Positions 30,399 through 39,049 of a DNA stretch of 64,000 nucleotides are shown one piece after another (within the stretch, counting starts at the first letter, position 1; each line of letters begins with the position of its first letter). Origin of the DNA: an uncultured archaeon (GTDB taxonomy: Archaea > Thermoproteota > Nitrososphaeria_A > Caldarchaeales > Wolframiiraptoraceae); contig CALKCF010000002.1 of assembly GCA_938083505.1 (NCBI GenBank), forward strand, positions 32,001-96,000, read 5' to 3'. A program made the position numbers and the translations under genes. The notes beneath the pieces were generated by a model that saw nothing but the letters and a program-made list of their open reading frames with translations, was not told the origin of the DNA and made no database searches.

Positions 30399-31562
30399 TT
30401 AATTGCCCTCCTTATGGCTGAAATTCGAGCATTTTACAGCCTTCATTAAAGTTTCGACTAACATTACCTTTCCTGTTCTTAGGTTCAACACATGCTTTTC
30501 TCTTTCCTCCTGCGCTTTTGCTTTAAGCTCTTCAAATTCTTTGTAATGTTCTTTAAATTCCACACCTGTGATACCTCTTAAGTGCCTCCGCAAAAACTCT
30601 CCATAATTTTCGCATGAGTCAGGGATGATAGTAACAACCACTCCTCTTCTTCCTTCATTGTTTAATCTTTCAGCAATTTTTAGGGCTCCAAAAAAATTGG
30701 TACCGCTCGAAATCCCTGCAGGGATGTCCGCGTTCCAAAGCGCTAACATTGCGTTATATGCATCTTTATCGGTGACCTCCATTATCTCATCACATACTGT
30801 TTTTGCTTCTTTGAAAAAATTTGATGCACCTAGCTCGTCTTTACTCCTAAGTCCAAGCTGATGGTGACCCTCTTCAGGAATAAGCCCTACAAATCTTATA
30901 CCTTCTACGTTTTGTCTCAGCCAATTTGCGCACCCAATCATGGTTCCGCACGTTCCAAGAGCAATAACGAAATGTGTCATTTCTCCAGCAGTTTGATGAT
31001 ATATTTCTGGTGCTGTTGTTAAAAAGTGAGATAGCGGATTGCCAATGTCGTCATATTGGTCGAAATTGATCACCTCGGGGTCTATTTTTTCTACATACCT
31101 GGCCGCTGCTATGGCTTCGCCCCTTTTAGCTGCTACTGTAGGGCAGTATTTGTCAGAGAACGTTTCGATTTTTGTCTTATTCTTAATCAATTTCGTAATT
31201 AGCCATTCATTTTCTTTAACAGTATTTTCGGACATGTAAACTGTGAAATCAAACTTCTCCATCAAAAGAAAAGAACCAGCTAGTCCAAAATTTCCGGAAG
31301 TTGCTGTAACAACTTTTCTTTTCCCATCTAATTTCCCTTCATGTAATTTTAGGTAATACATTGTGGCAAAAGGTCTGGCCTTTACTGATTCCCCAAAATT
31401 CGTATACTCCAACTTTGCATATATGGGAACTTCTTTGTCGAATGGGTTTATAGTTCGGGGTATGCGTATAAGTGGAGTAAATCCTATTCCTAACTCTTTT
31501 AACCAGGAATAAAAATGACGGAGGGTGAACTTTTTACTAACTGTTAGGATTTCGTTCAGCAT
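30399..31562 (-). CDS. PLP-dependent cysteine synthase-family enzyme (CysK/CysM-like, divergent)
   Basis: G-x-TPL, YAKLEYTN..SVK (PLP Lys), ATSGNFG, QY..N..H, GTCGT, GISSG, IIPD. Confidence 0.88.
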   Translation of the reverse strand: MLNEILTVSKKFTLRHFYSWLKELGIGFTPLIRIPRTINPFDKEVPIYAKLEYTNFGESVKARPFATMYYLKLHEGKLDGKRKVVTATSGNFGLAGSFLLMEKFDFTVYMSENTVKENEWLITKLIKNKTKIETFSDKYCPTVAAKRGEAIAAARYVEKIDPEVINFDQYDDIGNPLSHFLTTAPEIYHQTAGEMTHFVIALGTCGTMIGCANWLRQNVEGIRFVGLIPEEGHHQLGLRSKDELGASNFFKEAKTVCDEIMEVTDKDAYNAMLALWNADIPAGISSGTNFFGALKIAERLNNEGRRGVVVTIIPDSCENYGEFLRRHLRGITGVEFKEHYKEFEELKAKAQEEREKHVLNLRTGKVMLVETLMKAVKCSNFSHKEGN

Positions 31563-31578
31563 GGTATCATCCCTACTG

Positions 31579-32082
31579 TTAGTCTTTCTGAGGAGGACAA
31601 GTTTCGTTTAGATCCGTGTTTAACATATAATCTGTTGGGATTTGTCTGCAGAATCTCAGAATCATGTTAGCTACAATCATGGATTTTGAAGCGAACCTTG
31701 GCCTGCGATACACCATACTAAGAGGTTCTACTTTGAGCTGGCGGTTCAAAAAAGCGGCGGTTTCACTAAGCTTTTCTAAAAAGATCTCTTTAATAACAGA
31801 GTAACTGCTACTTATAGTAAAGTCGATTTTTTCAGCGGGTGGTTCTGTTAGGATTTTAAAATTTTTCACAACACCTTTGTCCAGTTGAATGAAGAGCGTT
31901 ATTTTTTCGCTGGAGTATAGCTCTCGCAATTTTGGAGGAATGTCTGTAATAACGTATGCAAGATTTAAACTGTAGCCGGAGGTGAGTCTATTAAATTCCT
32001 CGTCTTTGGTTCTGGCACCTTGAACAACTCTGACCGCTTCACGAACCCACTCTGGGGAAAGGAACAACAATTTTTCAGACAT
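31579..32082 (-). CDS. SCP2 (sterol carrier protein 2)-like domain protein
   Basis: FLSPEWV start and DFTISSSY...AAFLNRQLKV pattern of SCP2 folds. Start placed at ATG 32082. Confidence 0.65.
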   Translation of the reverse strand: MSEKLLFLSPEWVREAVRVVQGARTKDEEFNRLTSGYSLNLAYVITDIPPKLRELYSSEKITLFIQLDKGVVKNFKILTEPPAEKIDFTISSSYSVIKEIFLEKLSETAAFLNRQLKVEPLSMVYRRPRFASKSMIVANMILRFCRQIPTDYMLNTDLNETCPPQKD

Positions 32083-32098
32083 TGTTTTATTTCCCTCA

Positions 32099-32524
32099 CT
32101 AAACGTAGATAATTGTAGCATCTTTGGCGTCTTCTGTTAAGAACGAAGCTAGCCCGCGCACTCCATCTGTATTATCAGTTAACTCATCCATTGTTAAGTT
32201 GTGAAATGCCATGGCGGCGGGACAAGCGTATATCTTCCCTCCCAAACTGCGAAGAAGTTTTAGCTGCTCTGAGATTTTTGGTAGACCGTTTTTTCTCCTT
32301 CTTTTATGAATTTCCTTTCTTATTGACTCATCTGTTTCCTCTCCCACTTCATCCTCAAACCCCTTCCTCAATCTTAGAATCCCTCCGTAACTGAACAGCA
32401 CATAGACCGTTTCTCCAAGCGCAGAAGAAACTGTTGCAAGGTTTAAAGCAGATACCACTCGCTCATAGGACGCGGTGTTTATGATTAAAGCTTTTTTCTG
32501 GATTCTTGTCTGATGGTTGGACAT
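32099..32524 (-). CDS. DsrE/DsrE2-like sulfur-relay protein
   Basis: ALNLATVSSALG..V.VLFSY, KIYACPAAM with the conserved Cys, GLASFL. Confidence 0.85.
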   Translation of the reverse strand: MSNHQTRIQKKALIINTASYERVVSALNLATVSSALGETVYVLFSYGGILRLRKGFEDEVGEETDESIRKEIHKRRRKNGLPKISEQLKLLRSLGGKIYACPAAMAFHNLTMDELTDNTDGVRGLASFLTEDAKDATIIYV

Positions 32525-33051
32525 TAGGCTAAAACCCTTGCTTTTAAGCCTCGCTTTTCTCTTTCAGCATCTTTTATTCTTTCTGCCCATTCAAGAAGAG
32601 GAATGTCTTCTTTGCGTATTCTTTCAAGATTTTCTGCTAACTCGTTAAGCTCTTTTTGAGTTAATTTTTCAGCAAAAAGGACGATACCCTCACATTCAAT
32701 GGGATGGGAAAGGATATCGCTCCTGATTATGTCCGGCAATATTTTAGCTTGTTCCTCCGAAATTTTTCCCTTACTTAAGATTTCTACAAGCTCCCTTCCT
32801 CTTTTTACTATTCGATCATGTACACCAAGCAAGTATTCTAAGTACTGTCTTCCAAAGAACTTCTCAAATGTTAAATAGAGACTTTCTTCCTCCCATCTAA
32901 AGTGTGGGCCTCCTATTTTATCTAGACGAATCATTATTTCCAGCGCTTTTGTCGCGTCTTTCTTGCTTACTGCGTCTATTAGTTCCAAAAGCATGTCTCT
33001 GACCTTTGCGTGATCACTTCTAAATTCAGCTATGGGATCTAATTTTGGCAT
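32524..33051 (-). CDS. Hemerythrin/HHE cation-binding domain protein
   Basis: DH, HFRWEEESLY, H and HPIECE ligand pattern. ATG at 33051 behind a GGAGGTG RBS. Confidence 0.8.
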   Translation of the reverse strand: MPKLDPIAEFRSDHAKVRDMLLELIDAVSKKDATKALEIMIRLDKIGGPHFRWEEESLYLTFEKFFGRQYLEYLLGVHDRIVKRGRELVEILSKGKISEEQAKILPDIIRSDILSHPIECEGIVLFAEKLTQKELNELAENLERIRKEDIPLLEWAERIKDAEREKRGLKARVLA

Positions 33052-33796
33052 TTTAAACACCACCTCCTTTTCTTTAGGTGTAATTATAACAGCGTTATAG
33101 ATAAATTTTTCGGTCATTAGATGTTGCATAAGGGTTGCAACACGTCAAGTAAAAGCACACATATCTCCAGAAGAAGAATCTCAATACGTTTAGGAAACAG
33201 TATAGAGATCATCAAGTTATCTATGGTGTTTTTTATTTCTTTATTTTACAAACTTGATACCTCATTCCTTGCAAAAGCTTATGCTCCTTTCGAGTTCCTG
33301 GTTTTGTTTTTAGTTTTTCTACTGTTTGGTGTATTTCGTTGGTAGGTCAACTATCATAAAACTTAATTTCCTGATTATTTCGTCTTTTGCAAAATTGTTT
33401 CCAATTTTGGGCATAAAAAATAAATTAAGGCATCATTCAAGAATTTATCGCCCAAGAAACAAGCCATAGTATTTGCCTCAGGAGCAATTGGCCTTTATGA
33501 TTTCCTCTTGATTTGCTTAATCTACGCCATAATATATCTGGAAACTTGGATTGGAGCTTTAGTAAGCATAATAACAGCCGAAAATATCCTCTTCACACTA
33601 TTTTTTAGCACAAAACTCGGGGGATCTTCCCAAGGCTAGAAAATCATTGTATGTTTCACATAGTTCCAACACCTAAAAACTCAAGAAAATACCATCCGAG
33701 GTGTTCTTAAAGTTGTATTTTCTTTATCGTCTTATCTTTTGGACGGAAAACGAGTAATGTAACACTTCATGGAATGGTTCCGGAACTAGGGGGTAT

Positions 33797-33873
33797 TGGA
33801 GCCTCGGGCGGGATTTGAACCCGCGATCGCCGGCTTACCAAGCCGGCGCCCCACCCGGCTAGGCTACCGAGGC
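33797..33873 (-). tRNA. tRNA-Thr(GGT), CCA encoded
   Basis: Acceptor GCCTCGG/CCGAGGC, anticodon arm CCGGC-TT-GGT-AA-GCCGG, T-loop TTCAAAT, then T-CCA. Confidence 0.97.
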
Positions 33874-33960
33874 CGAATAATTGATACAAACGAAAATTAT
33901 TAGCTTTACCGTTAAGTTGCAAAAATAATTTATAAATGCGCTGAAGTAAAAGCTCAACTA

Positions 33961-34088
33961 GGGGGCGTGGCCCAGAGGAGGAAGTCTCCGGGGAGCAAGG
34001 TCTACGGCGCCGGGCTCCAGATCCACTCATGTAGTGGGTTAAGGGTGTAGAAACCCGGAGACCGCCGGTTCGAATCCGGCCGCCCCCA
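33961..34088 (+). tRNA. tRNA-Trp(CCA) with two introns (20 nt at 15/16 and 32 nt at 37/38)
   Basis: Removing 33976-33995 and 34021-34052 yields a complete cloverleaf: GGGGGCG/CGCCCCC, GCC/GGC, CCGGG-CT-CCA-GA-CCCGG, GCCGG-TTCGAAT-CCGGC, A73. Confidence 0.88.
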
Positions 34089-34171
34089 CATAACCAGATT
34101 AGTTCAGCGTCATTAGAAATTTTTCTGGATGCTGTGCTGAAGTAATTCAAGAGGGGGCGTGGTTGCCACGC

Positions 34172-35008
34172 TTATGAAGGTTGTAGAACCAACCTCATAG
34201 CGACTATTAGGAGCGTAAGGCCCAGAAGCCTCTTGATCTTCGCGTCGCCTACACGGCTGGAAATGCGCGCACCCACCTGAGCACCCAGCATGCCACCTAG
34301 GCCTAGGAAAATGGCATAATCGAATAGGATGTTGTTCAGCGTGGAATGGGTAATGGAGCCGAACAGCGTTGTGAATACGAGTATAAAATGAGATGTGGCG
34401 GTTGCGATGTGTACGGGCATGCCTAGTATGTGTATCATAATAGGAACATGTAGCACGCCACCGCCGATTCCGAAGATGCTGGATGCCAAGCCAGCGAAGA
34501 AGCTTGTTATAAGCCCTAAGGGTACGTTAACTGAATACTCGTAGACTTTACCGTCGGAATCGACAAACCTCCTTTCGTATCCTCCAGCCTTCACGTTGCT
34601 AGACTGCTTCGTATGTTTGAGCAAAAGATAAAGCGATGTCCAAACCAAAAGGGCCGCAAAGATTGCCTTAAACATGAAGGACCCAAGGTGACCTGCAAGG
34701 TATGCACCCGCGATCGCGCCCGGAATCGTAGGAATCACGAGTATGAGTCCAAGCCTGACATCAGCCCTCCTCAGCCTCAAGTACGAAACGCTTCCGGACA
34801 GAGTGTTTAAGAAAACGAAAAACAAGCTAGTTCCAGCCGCCACCTTAGGCTCAAAGCCATATAGCAATATGAGAGCTGGAACAAGATACGCCCCACCACC
34901 TATCCCTATTAACGTCCCCAATCCGCCTATTCCAAAACCGAGGGCTGTTAATGCCAGCTCCTCATACCATAACATTATCAAACACCCAAAATTTCGCTCA
35001 TGTAACAT
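34172..35008 (-). CDS. TauE/SafE-family sulfur-compound exporter (TSUP)
   Basis: Duplicated GIGGG...VP motifs, AAGTSL and ATATSH, about 8 TM helices. Confidence 0.9.
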   Translation of the reverse strand: MLHERNFGCLIMLWYEELALTALGFGIGGLGTLIGIGGGAYLVPALILLYGFEPKVAAGTSLFFVFLNTLSGSVSYLRLRRADVRLGLILVIPTIPGAIAGAYLAGHLGSFMFKAIFAALLVWTSLYLLLKHTKQSSNVKAGGYERRFVDSDGKVYEYSVNVPLGLITSFFAGLASSIFGIGGGVLHVPIMIHILGMPVHIATATSHFILVFTTLFGSITHSTLNNILFDYAIFLGLGGMLGAQVGARISSRVGDAKIKRLLGLTLLIVAMRLVLQPS

Positions 35009-35231
35009 GTGGAAGAAAGAATTCGTCTTTCTTTATTCAATAACGACCGCCTGTCATTTACGGCAAATTTTCTCGAATGATTTAAATATATCTTTAAACG
35101 CGGGGTAAAAAAAATTGATTATTAAGACGAAAAGTAAACGAATGTATGCGACCTTAGATGCCTCTTCAAAGATGTCCATAAACTTTAAAAACAAGATGTC
35201 GGTGTAGTTTTCAATACGACGGTGGGTTAAT

Positions 35232-35372
35232 ATGATATATCCAGGCATATTATCAGTTGAGGAAGAGGAGGAATTCGAAGAAGAATTTGAGGAAGAGTTT
35301 GAAGAAGAATTTGAGGAGGAGTTTGAGGAGGAAGAAGAGTTCGAAGAGGAAGAGCTTGAAGAAGAATTTTAA
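35232..35372 (+). CDS. 46-aa polyglutamate micropeptide with (EEEF)n repeats
   Basis: ATG preceded by GGTGG and a TTTAAAAA box near 35184. Repeat units vary only at synonymous positions (GAA/GAG, TTT/TTC) in this frame. T-rich tract follows. Confidence 0.7.
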   Translation: MIYPGILSVEEEEEFEEEFEEEFEEEFEEEFEEEEEFEEEELEEEF

Positions 35373-35388
35373 CGCTTGGGGTAATAAC

Positions 35389-35970
35389 TTAATTTCTTCC
35401 ACTAACTTTTTTATTTATGTGCTTTTTCCTAAACTCAACAACACTTATTTCCTCGAAAAACAGACTAACGGATTTGAGAGTTTTGTGATCGAGTTCTAGT
35501 TTTGAGGCTACATCCCATAACCTTTTCAGATCGGAAACGCTTGAAATTACCAGTAAGATTTTGCCAGAACATGAAAGCATGCGACATGCTTGCTGCAAAA
35601 ACTTGAGTGAGATATCTACACCATGCTCACCACCAAATATTGAAACGTCCCTTAAACACTCGTCAGGGAGGTACGGTGGGTTAAAAACTATCAGGTCAAA
35701 GCCTGAGCCTTCCCTGAAGGGCGAGAGGAGATCGCAGCAGACCACATCGGTGTTTGCCCTTTTGTTGTATTTATGAAGCCATTCCAGCGTAGCATAGCAT
35801 GAGTTCAAATCTATGTCTGTAGATACTAAGTATTCGGACTTTTGCGTCAACGCTACGGAAACTAGGCCGCTACCAGAACCTACCTCCACCGCCTTTCTGA
35901 CATAAGGCATATCCTTAACGGTATCGATTAATAAGAAGGTATCCTCTGAAGGCTGGTATACCCCGTTCAT
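35389..35970 (-). CDS. HemK2/Mtq2-family release-factor glutamine methyltransferase
   Basis: VYQPSEDTFLL, EVGSGSG and FNPPYLP. Start at ATG 35970 overlapping the asnS stop. Confidence 0.9.
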   Translation of the reverse strand: MNGVYQPSEDTFLLIDTVKDMPYVRKAVEVGSGSGLVSVALTQKSEYLVSTDIDLNSCYATLEWLHKYNKRANTDVVCCDLLSPFREGSGFDLIVFNPPYLPDECLRDVSIFGGEHGVDISLKFLQQACRMLSCSGKILLVISSVSDLKRLWDVASKLELDHKTLKSVSLFFEEISVVEFRKKHINKKVSGRN

Positions 35971-37271
35971 GGATAAACCCTTGCGGGCGTCCTCGGAAAT
36001 AGCGTGACGCTCCTGATATGTGTCATGCCAAGCAGCCACCAAAGCATCCTTTCCAAGCCGAGACCGAAGCCGCTATGTGGTACCGATCCATACTTCCTTA
36101 AATCTAGGTACCACTCATAGTCTGAAGGGTTAAGGCCAGCCTCCTTGATTCGCTGGACGAGTAGCTCGTAATCGTGAATCCTTTGACCTCCGCCAACTAT
36201 CTCACCATAACCTCCAGGTGCCAGAAGGTCAGCACTGAGCGTAACCCTTGGGTCCGATGGGTCGGGCATGTGGTAGAAAGCCTTTGTCTCTTTGGGGTAA
36301 TGAGTGACGAAAAATGGCTTATCGAATTCCTTGGAAAGCTCCCTCTCCTCGTCGGCTCCAAGATCTTGCCCCCATTCTATGTTGAAACCTTTGTTTTTCA
36401 GAATCTCTAACACCTCGGCATACTTTATTCTAGGGTAGGGAGGTTCTGCGATCGAAGGGTCTATACTCTTCCCCAAAATCTTGAGGCATGGTTCAGCAGA
36501 CTCCGCCAATGCCTTGATGGTTTCGCCGACGAGCTTTTCAACAATCACCATCATGTCCTCCAGCGTAGCGTTGGCCATCTCAGCCTCAACGTGCCAAAAC
36601 TCGGTTAGATGTCTCCTAGTTCTGCTGAGTTCAGCCCTGAAGCTAGGCTGTATCGTGTAAACCTTCTCTAACCCGAATATCGCTGCCTCTTGATAGAATT
36701 GAACACTCTGGGTCAAGTAAACGTTCTTGCCGAAGTAGTCTACCTTAAACAGCGTAGCACCACCCTCGACGGCGGCCGTTATGAACGTAGGACAATGGAC
36801 CTCAGTAAACCCATTCTTCCTAAACCATTCGTGAAGAAGACCGGTCAGTAATGCACGTATCTTCATTATAGCGGCGACCTTAGGGCTCCTAATGTGCAGG
36901 TGTCTGTTGTCCAGCAGGAACTTAATGCTGGCGCCGGGCTTTATGGGGAATTCAGCTAATGATTTACCTATGACCTTAAACGACCTACATTGGATTTCCG
37001 TTCCACCTGGCGCCCTCGGGTCCTTTTTTACGAGGCCCGTTACTATAACTGAGGATTCCCTTGTAACGTCTAAGGCTTCCGTAAAGTCTGTTTCATCAGT
37101 AAGCCCCCGCTTCACCGTAACCTGGATTGTTCCTGTGGAGTCTCTAAGCTCCAGAAAAACCAATCCTCCATGCATTCTTTTGTTCCTGACCCAGCCAAAT
37201 ACTTCGACTTCCTCGTTCTCCGGCACCCTAAATGCTTCAGTAATGTGCAACCTTCTGGCCAATTTGGGCAC
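35967..37271 (-). CDS. asnS: Asparaginyl-tRNA synthetase
   Basis: OB-fold GWV, YLTQSVQ, FRAE.SRTRRHLTEFW, GEIVGGGQR, YGSVPHSGFGLGLER. Confidence 0.92.
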   Translation of the reverse strand: MPKLARRLHITEAFRVPENEEVEVFGWVRNKRMHGGLVFLELRDSTGTIQVTVKRGLTDETDFTEALDVTRESSVIVTGLVKKDPRAPGGTEIQCRSFKVIGKSLAEFPIKPGASIKFLLDNRHLHIRSPKVAAIMKIRALLTGLLHEWFRKNGFTEVHCPTFITAAVEGGATLFKVDYFGKNVYLTQSVQFYQEAAIFGLEKVYTIQPSFRAELSRTRRHLTEFWHVEAEMANATLEDMMVIVEKLVGETIKALAESAEPCLKILGKSIDPSIAEPPYPRIKYAEVLEILKNKGFNIEWGQDLGADEERELSKEFDKPFFVTHYPKETKAFYHMPDPSDPRVTLSADLLAPGGYGEIVGGGQRIHDYELLVQRIKEAGLNPSDYEWYLDLRKYGSVPHSGFGLGLERMLWWLLGMTHIRSVTLFPRTPARVYP

Positions 37272-37317
37272 CCACCCCTAAAAGTTTAGGGCACGTTTTG
37301 AATGTTTCCAATAAAGC

Positions 37318-37713
37318 TTATAATACTTGGGACCCTTCCCTTACATCCCTTTCAGGGATTATCGGCGCTATGACATTTTCTGACTCAGCAGCCGCCAATA
37401 TCATACATTCGGATATCTCACCTCTAACAGTCTTCGGCTTGAGGTTCACCAAGAACACGAATTTCTTACCGATAAAGTGCTCTGGTTCATATATGTGGCC
37501 AAGGCCAGTTATCGCCTTTTTCTTGAAGAAGCCAAAGTTGACAAGCATCTTTATGAGTCTGTCAGTTCCGGTAACCCTTTCTGCATACTCGACTAGACCC
37601 ACCCTAATGTCGAACCTCTTAAACTCCGACATTTCAACCTGCGACAATTGACTTCGAACTTGTAGATTCCTAAATCGTTTAAAAAGATTACTTAGCAATG
37701 CCAACTTCAGCAC
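37318..37713 (-). CDS. Stand-alone tRNA-binding OB-fold protein (Trbp111/CsaA/MetRS C-terminal-like)
   Basis: FKRFDIRVG, LVNLKPK.VRG..SECMILAA, GSQV. The true start is probably downstream of 37713. Confidence 0.85.
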   Translation of the reverse strand: MLKLALLSNLFKRFRNLQVRSQLSQVEMSEFKRFDIRVGLVEYAERVTGTDRLIKMLVNFGFFKKKAITGLGHIYEPEHFIGKKFVFLVNLKPKTVRGEISECMILAAAESENVIAPIIPERDVREGSQVL

Positions 37714-37794
37714 TCCACTTCATTAATTTCAATTGTTATAAAAATTCGAAAAATTTTTATAACAATAAATTTGTATAAAATATAGTGAATAAAC

Positions 37795-37899
37795 ATGCCA
37801 AAGAAAAAGGCAAAGAAGACAAGTGCAAAAAAGAAGAAACGTACAAAAAAGGCCAAGGAGGAAGAAAAAGCACCAGAAACCCCTGCTGAAGCGGGATAA
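37795..37899 (+). CDS. 34-aa Lys-rich basic micropeptide MPKKKAKKTSAKKKKRTKKAKEEEKAPETPAEAG
   Basis: ATG downstream of TTTTATAA/TATAAAA boxes, fills an intergenic gap, T-rich terminator-like tract near 37955-37972. Confidence 0.6.
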   Translation: MPKKKAKKTSAKKKKRTKKAKEEEKAPETPAEAG

Positions 37900-37983
37900 C
37901 CTACTACAAAGCATTCCAAGTACTAAACCGTTGAAGCCATCTCCTGATAATTTTACCTTCTTTTATTTTTTGTAAACTGACCT

Positions 37984-38496
37984 TCAAACGACTATCGTCT
38001 CTTTGCGTGTTAAGAATATTGATGATAAAAAACCAAAAACGCCCGAGAATGCTAAGACAATTAGATATGGTATCACAAGGTTAAGCGGATGGGGCAGTAT
38101 AAAGTTTTCTATGAATGCATTCACCTTAACTAACCAGAATTGATGACCGTATACCTCTGCAAAAACTAAGCCCGTCAAACTAAGCCATGAGAGGATAACA
38201 GACGAAGGTATGAGTAACGATAGTTTTAAGGAGGCAGAGAACTTTCCGGCTACCAATCCAGCGAGTGCGGATGCGGCTGCCCACACTATGACGCACGTTA
38301 GACCCTCACTACTGCCCATAAAACCCGTGAATAGGGGTGCCAAAAGCGCCGTATATGCCTGAAGCAACACTGAGAGCACTAAAAGTTGGAAATTCACAGG
38401 TTCTGGCCATGAGGGGCTATGACCAGTAAATAAGGCGACGGAAGTTAAGGTAAGCATCGCCATACCGATTATGAAACTGGCAATCAGCCTAACCAT
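37984..38496 (-). CDS. Hypothetical integral membrane protein
   Basis: 170 aa with 4-5 hydrophobic helices. Confidence 0.65.
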   Translation of the reverse strand: MVRLIASFIIGMAMLTLTSVALFTGHSPSWPEPVNFQLLVLSVLLQAYTALLAPLFTGFMGSSEGLTCVIVWAAASALAGLVAGKFSASLKLSLLIPSSVILSWLSLTGLVFAEVYGHQFWLVKVNAFIENFILPHPLNLVIPYLIVLAFSGVFGFLSSIFLTRKETIVV

Positions 38497-38635
38497 ACTG
38501 TTTAACTTATGAGCTAGCTTATCATAAACCTTCCCTTAAAAGCGTATACAGTAAATTGTACGCCGGTAGTCGTCCGTATTATTTGGGCAATATTGAGCAA
38601 TATTTTTATAGCGAGCGTTTTGTGCTAAACATAGT

Positions 38636-38863
38636 ATGCAGACAGCTTACATATTGCTGACAATAGAGCCTGGACATGAGGAGGAGACGTTAGCCGAGCT
38701 AAAACAGATAACCAATGTAAAAGAGGCTTACAGGGTGTACGGAGTTTACGATATAGTAGTTAGAGTAGAGGCCGAGGACCATGAGAAGCTTAGGATGATG
38801 ATATCCAAGATAAGGCACATTCAAAGGATCAGGTCGACTACTACGCTTATAGTGTGGGAGTAG
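38636..38863 (+). CDS. Stand-alone Lrp/AsnC ligand-binding (RAM) domain protein
   Basis: AYILL..EPG, VYGVYDIVVRVE, IRSTTTLI; no HTH. Confidence 0.9.
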   Translation: MQTAYILLTIEPGHEEETLAELKQITNVKEAYRVYGVYDIVVRVEAEDHEKLRMMISKIRHIQRIRSTTTLIVWE

Positions 38864-39049
38864 TCTGCTAACCTCTCCTCAATCATAACATACTCAATAT
38901 CCGGAAGTCACATCTCTTGTCCCTTAAACCCGTGATGCTGGGAGCCCTCCATACCTCGGTTTCACCCGATAGTCCGAGGAGGAATGCGACCGTTGTACTG
39001 TATCGAGGGGTCTGATTAAAAGTTATTAAAGCACTATTAGCTGATTAAA

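Larger units (their letters stand above)
14454..33796. mobile_element. Decayed mosaic genomic island between convergent tRNA-Leu and tRNA-Thr
   Basis: Begins right after one tRNA 3' end and ends at another. Contains many pseudogenes, AT-rich segments, an IS relic and a mobile-type ATPase relic. No integrase or att duplication was seen. Confidence 0.6.

Noticed and set aside
33121-33640. Hydrophobic reading frame with several stops next to tRNA-Thr
   Set aside because: Possibly a membrane-protein relic, but no recognisable family.
33976-33995. GAGGAAGTCT resembling the RNase P RNA 5' motif
   Set aside because: Fully explained as the D-loop intron of tRNA-Trp; no other RNase P elements are present.
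33767-34150. 127-aa ORF
   Set aside because: It overlaps tRNA-Thr and tRNA-Trp and is spurious.
35257-35369. 12-bp periodic repeats as a CRISPR array
   Set aside because: There are no spacers and the repeats are coding. No CRISPR array or cas gene was seen in the window.
35257-35499. 80-aa basic ORF MRKRRNSKKNL... from the track
   Set aside because: It is a shadow frame of the poly-Glu peptide. Repeat variation is synonymous only in the acidic frame, and it overlaps hemK2.
38928-39015. TPP riboswitch
   Set aside because: No CUGAGA motif and no thiamine gene downstream.
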